From Selaginella moellendorffii (taxonomy: Eukaryota; Plantae; Lycopodiophyta): a DNA stretch of 51,962 nt. The notes beneath the pieces are model-generated. The model worked only from the letters and a program-made list of their open reading frames with translations. It was not told where the DNA came from and did not search any database. Numbering within the stretch: the stretch's first letter is position 1; each line of letters opens with the position of its first letter. The stretch is from the NCBI RefSeq assembly GCF_000143415.4, contig NW_003314272.1, forward strand, positions 1 to 51,962. The letters are read 5' to 3'. Shown piece by piece: positions 48,599 to 51,962 of this stretch. Position numbers and translations under genes: made by a program.

Positions 48599-51480
48599 CA
48601 GTGTGTAACAAAGTATTTTTAGTGTACTGGAAAAAATCCTTGAATACTTAAAATGAATAGGATATATTTTTTTTGTACCGGCATAATCCTTAAAAGAGGA
48701 AATCTCATTCGGATAAATTCCTTAATATATGAAAACTATAAGGAAGTTAAACATCTATAAACCCTCACTTTAGCTTGTATAAATATGCCTATAAGCTGCA
48801 CCTTCCTTCCATGCTTGCACCACTGTTTCGAAATCAAACTCAGCTATTGGCGGACCCTCAATGGAGATCCTCACAAGCTCGTCAACCATCTCCGTCCCCA
48901 TTTGGTTTCGAAACTTATTCTTCACCAAGTTGATTCTACTAAACCCACGCTCACATGATGCAGTGTTGCAGCATTGAACCATGCCAACCATTGCCAACTT
49001 CAGCAAGTTGGGATACTTCTTCGTCCAGATACTGTGAGCATAAATCATTCCCCAAACATCCACGAAAGTTTTCCCCTTCCACTCCTCGGAAGCTATTATC
49101 TTCCATAAACTGTACTCTTCAGCCAGCTCTGCTTCATTGATCATCCCTGTGTAGAACTTTCCAAGTTCCTGAACCTCAAACTTACCAAAAGCTTTCAACT
49201 CACGCACTGATGAAGGTAAGTTGATAGGAGCTAAAAAGTGGAACTTGGAGAGAATACCAATCGCCTCAGAGTCCTGTACCCTGGTCCTTATACCCTCCAA
49301 AAGACTAGTGCCAAAGTTCTTTTGAAACTCTAGTACCTCCTCCAAATCTTCTCCGTGAATCGACCTGATCATTTCCACGTCTCTGTATTCGTTTCCCTTA
49401 ACTGATGACCTGAGCTCATCCAAAGGACCATTGCGGCGTCCACCATCTGGGATTATAGGATATCCTCTGCTATCCAACTGAAAACCATTCAAATCCACCT
49501 ACTTATCCAAATAGTATACCTGTATCTTGGCCATAGTTGCCTTGCATAAAGGTGCAACACTAGTCACGTCCATAGTCTGTGCTTGAAACTCCAGGTTCAG
49601 TTGATTTACCACTGCCAAGATATCTCCTAGAAAGTGGAGTGCATAAAGGAACTTGAAACTCCTGAGACGGTCATGCAGCTTCCTTGTTTGAGTTGTTCTC
49701 CCATCCTTAAAAAACTTGAGTAGTGGTTCCAGACACTCACACATCCTGGTAATGGCTCCACCCCTGCTCAACCAACATGTCTGCTGGATCCGCAACACCT
49801 TCAGCACCTTGAAGTCTAGCTCGTCCTGTAGTGCCTGTAGCTGCTGCAACCTGCTAGAACTCCTTGAGAAAAAACTGGCTACCTTGTTCACCACTTGATC
49901 CACTTCATCGCAAAGATTATGAACTGTTGGATTTTTGTAGACGTCCTCCACACATAAGTTAGCTTTGTGTGAAAGACAATGTGTGGAGGTCATGAATGGA
50001 TTGACCTCCTTCAACCTTGCTGCAACCCCTGTCCTGTTTCCTGTCATAACATTGCAGCCGTCTGAACCAAACCCCATGAACCTGCTCATATCCAGCCCCC
50101 AATCCTGTAGTGAAGCTATGGTGGTGTTAAAAATCACCTCTGCAAAACTATTGTTCACCATTGACAAGCCTAAATAGCTTGTCAACACCCTTGCGTCATG
50201 GATGTAGGTCACGTAAAAGATGAGGTGTTTACTGGTACTGCATTAACAAATTTAGAACCAAGAATATCACTAATCAGCTTTACCTTATATCCGTGCTCTC
50301 ATCTAGCATTATTCCAAAGAATGGGCTAGCTTTAACTTTCTCCAAAATTTGATCTAAGAGCACCTACACAACAAAATTTAGTCAAGGTTTATCATCAGAC
50401 TTTAGCTCACCTTGTTGATGAAAGGGATGAAGCGTGAGTAGGCCATCACATTCTTGTACATGCTAGGAACATAAACTCCGTTCAACTGTTGTAGCTCCAG
50501 AAGCAATGGGTATTTGCGAAGAGGAACAAAACCTTGTGCAATAGCATAAGCAGTCCTAAACAAGCAAATAACTCCCTTCTCTGCTGCCTCTTGTTGCCGA
50601 TCATTTGCAGCTGCCATGGAGGATTGACCGCCAGCTTTCACCTCAGCTATGTAAATGGAATGCTTGTGATCTTTTGTTTGCCCATGAGCATGGAAACTTG
50701 AAGTCTTCATGTTGGTGGAACCTGATGTACCAAATGGATTCTTGCAATTCTTGTTGGCACGGCATATTGAGCAGAAGATCAGTGCTGTAATGCAAGTAGG
50801 ATTAGATGAAAAATCAAGAAAATTATTACCATTTTTCTGATCAAAATGCAACCACCGCCATTTTATGACCCATGCAAGTTGCCACTTCCCCCTACGAATT
50901 TTCTTCTCCTTCTCCTCTACTAATGCAGCATCACCTTCTCCCACTTCACATCCCTCCTCAAGCTCAGTCCCCTCTAGGTTGTCCTCATCTACAAAACCTC
51001 CTCTCTCCACAATGGGGGCAAAACTTAACAAAGATTGCTTTGATTGAGCAATGGCTTTTGCAGCAGCCTTGCTCCTACCTGCAGGCACCCTCCCCATTTC
51101 CCAGATGATCTCCCCACCAAAATCTATGTTCACGCCCACGCCCACACCCACGTGAACATTGTGAAAGAATATTCTAACCTTAGATTAATGACATGGTTTA
51201 CTTAGTGTAACTATGTTTAGTTAGTGTTAACTAAGATTGATGATTATTTATTTAATCTTGTTAATTAGAATTAATTAAACATAATTAATTATGAAACCCT
51301 AATCCTCAAAAGGTAGGTGAATGTACCGGCAGGATTCCTTATAACATCCAAACGTACCGGATCTAGCCTTATACGAGATTTTTTGCACCGGTCGTATATC
51401 CTTGTAACTTTGTTTTGTACCGGCAATTCTGAAATGGTACCGGCGGGGTACAAAGGAGCCTCGGACTTTGTTACACACTA
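48599..51480 (-). mobile_element. Full-length hAT DNA transposon (2882 bp)
   Basis: TIRs CAGTGTGTAACAAAGT / ACTTTGTTACACACTA (15/16), 8-bp TSD GTTGGGTG, subterminal GTACCGG repeats. Confidence 0.96.
48770..51097 (-). pseudogene. hAT transposase (ZNF862-like) with three short introns and one in-frame TAG at 49499-49501
   Basis: Introns 50785-50829, 50364-50410 and 50238-50283. Zn-finger FCSIC...H...H; FFGIMLDESTD; GFGSDG; HCLSH; ASCERGFS. Confidence 0.9.
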
Positions 51481-51962
51481 GTTGGGTGATAAGCTGCCCA
51501 TTGGGAAGTCCAAGACTAGAGTGAACACAGAAGCGGGGTAGCTTGGTGAAGTGTTCAAGAGCCGGCTCTAGTTCCCCCGGGAGATCGACTAACCGATGCT
51601 CCCAATCCAAGTGTGGGTGCAACTTACCTACTTGGATACCAGGCATGGCTCAACGGAACCTCGCTCTAAGCCCATGGCTAGAACACCTAAAGGCGGAAAA
51701 CAGGAAAAGTACCCACGAGGCTTGCATAAGGCTATGGTATTCCGAAATGTTATCCCAAAGGCCCAGACTGTGGAAAGGAAGAGAAGTAGTCCTCTGGTGT
51801 AGTGACCAAGGATATAGTTGGGTGCTAAGGAAGTCCTAGAGGACCATGGGACTTTGGTGGTCAGACCTGTGGGCCTCGACCCAATGGCAGTGTTGGCAAA
51901 CACGGCCATGAGTAGAAAGGGACTTGGTGGGGACTGGAAAAAGAATATTGGGGAAGGCTATT

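Larger units (their letters stand above)
43768..51962 (+). mobile_element. Second family B element (plus strand), internally deleted, runs off the window
   Basis: 5' LTR 43768-45305 lacks the first ~128 bp. PBS TGGTATTAGAG at 45309-45319, then PPT, then 3' LTR from 47868. The two LTRs share private variants such as GGAAGGCTATACCC and TACCCACGAGGCT. Confidence 0.9.

Overview
Eukaryotic, transposon-dense plant DNA. It is most likely from a seed-free vascular plant such as Selaginella. That is an inference from the 45-55 nt GT-AG introns, an ALDH21-like fragment, a centriole CCDC15-like gene and a non-seed-plant-type 5S sequence. From left to right: (1) 1-6857, a minus-strand non-coding LTR composite with two 162-bp LTRs (family A), a 1.3-kb LTR (family C) and two to three tRNA-iMet primer-binding sites. 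(2) 7218-9365, the 3' end of a LARD-like family B element whose ~1.8-kb LTR holds GAGATGGAGTCC/GAGACC/GAGTCC arrays. (3) 9400-15081, decayed unknown genes ending at a possible CACTG terminus. (4) 15583-17327, an apparently intact spliced CCDC15-like gene with a duplicated Cys domain. (5) Convergent Helitron 3' ends (18566 +; 22180 and 22220 -) and a decayed Helitron Rep/Pif1 gene (22282-26360). (6) Tandem TIC32-like SDR exons and a partly inverted ALDH21-like fragment. (7) An AT-rich tract with a TRIM-like element carrying tRNA-like sequence in its LTRs (30966-31464). (8) 32218-51962, two head-to-head family B elements with nested solo LTRs, a complete Cassandra TRIM and a full-length hAT transposon. 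Three nested LTR insertions from three families share the target (G)GCTAT. All protein assignments are from motif recognition, not database searches.
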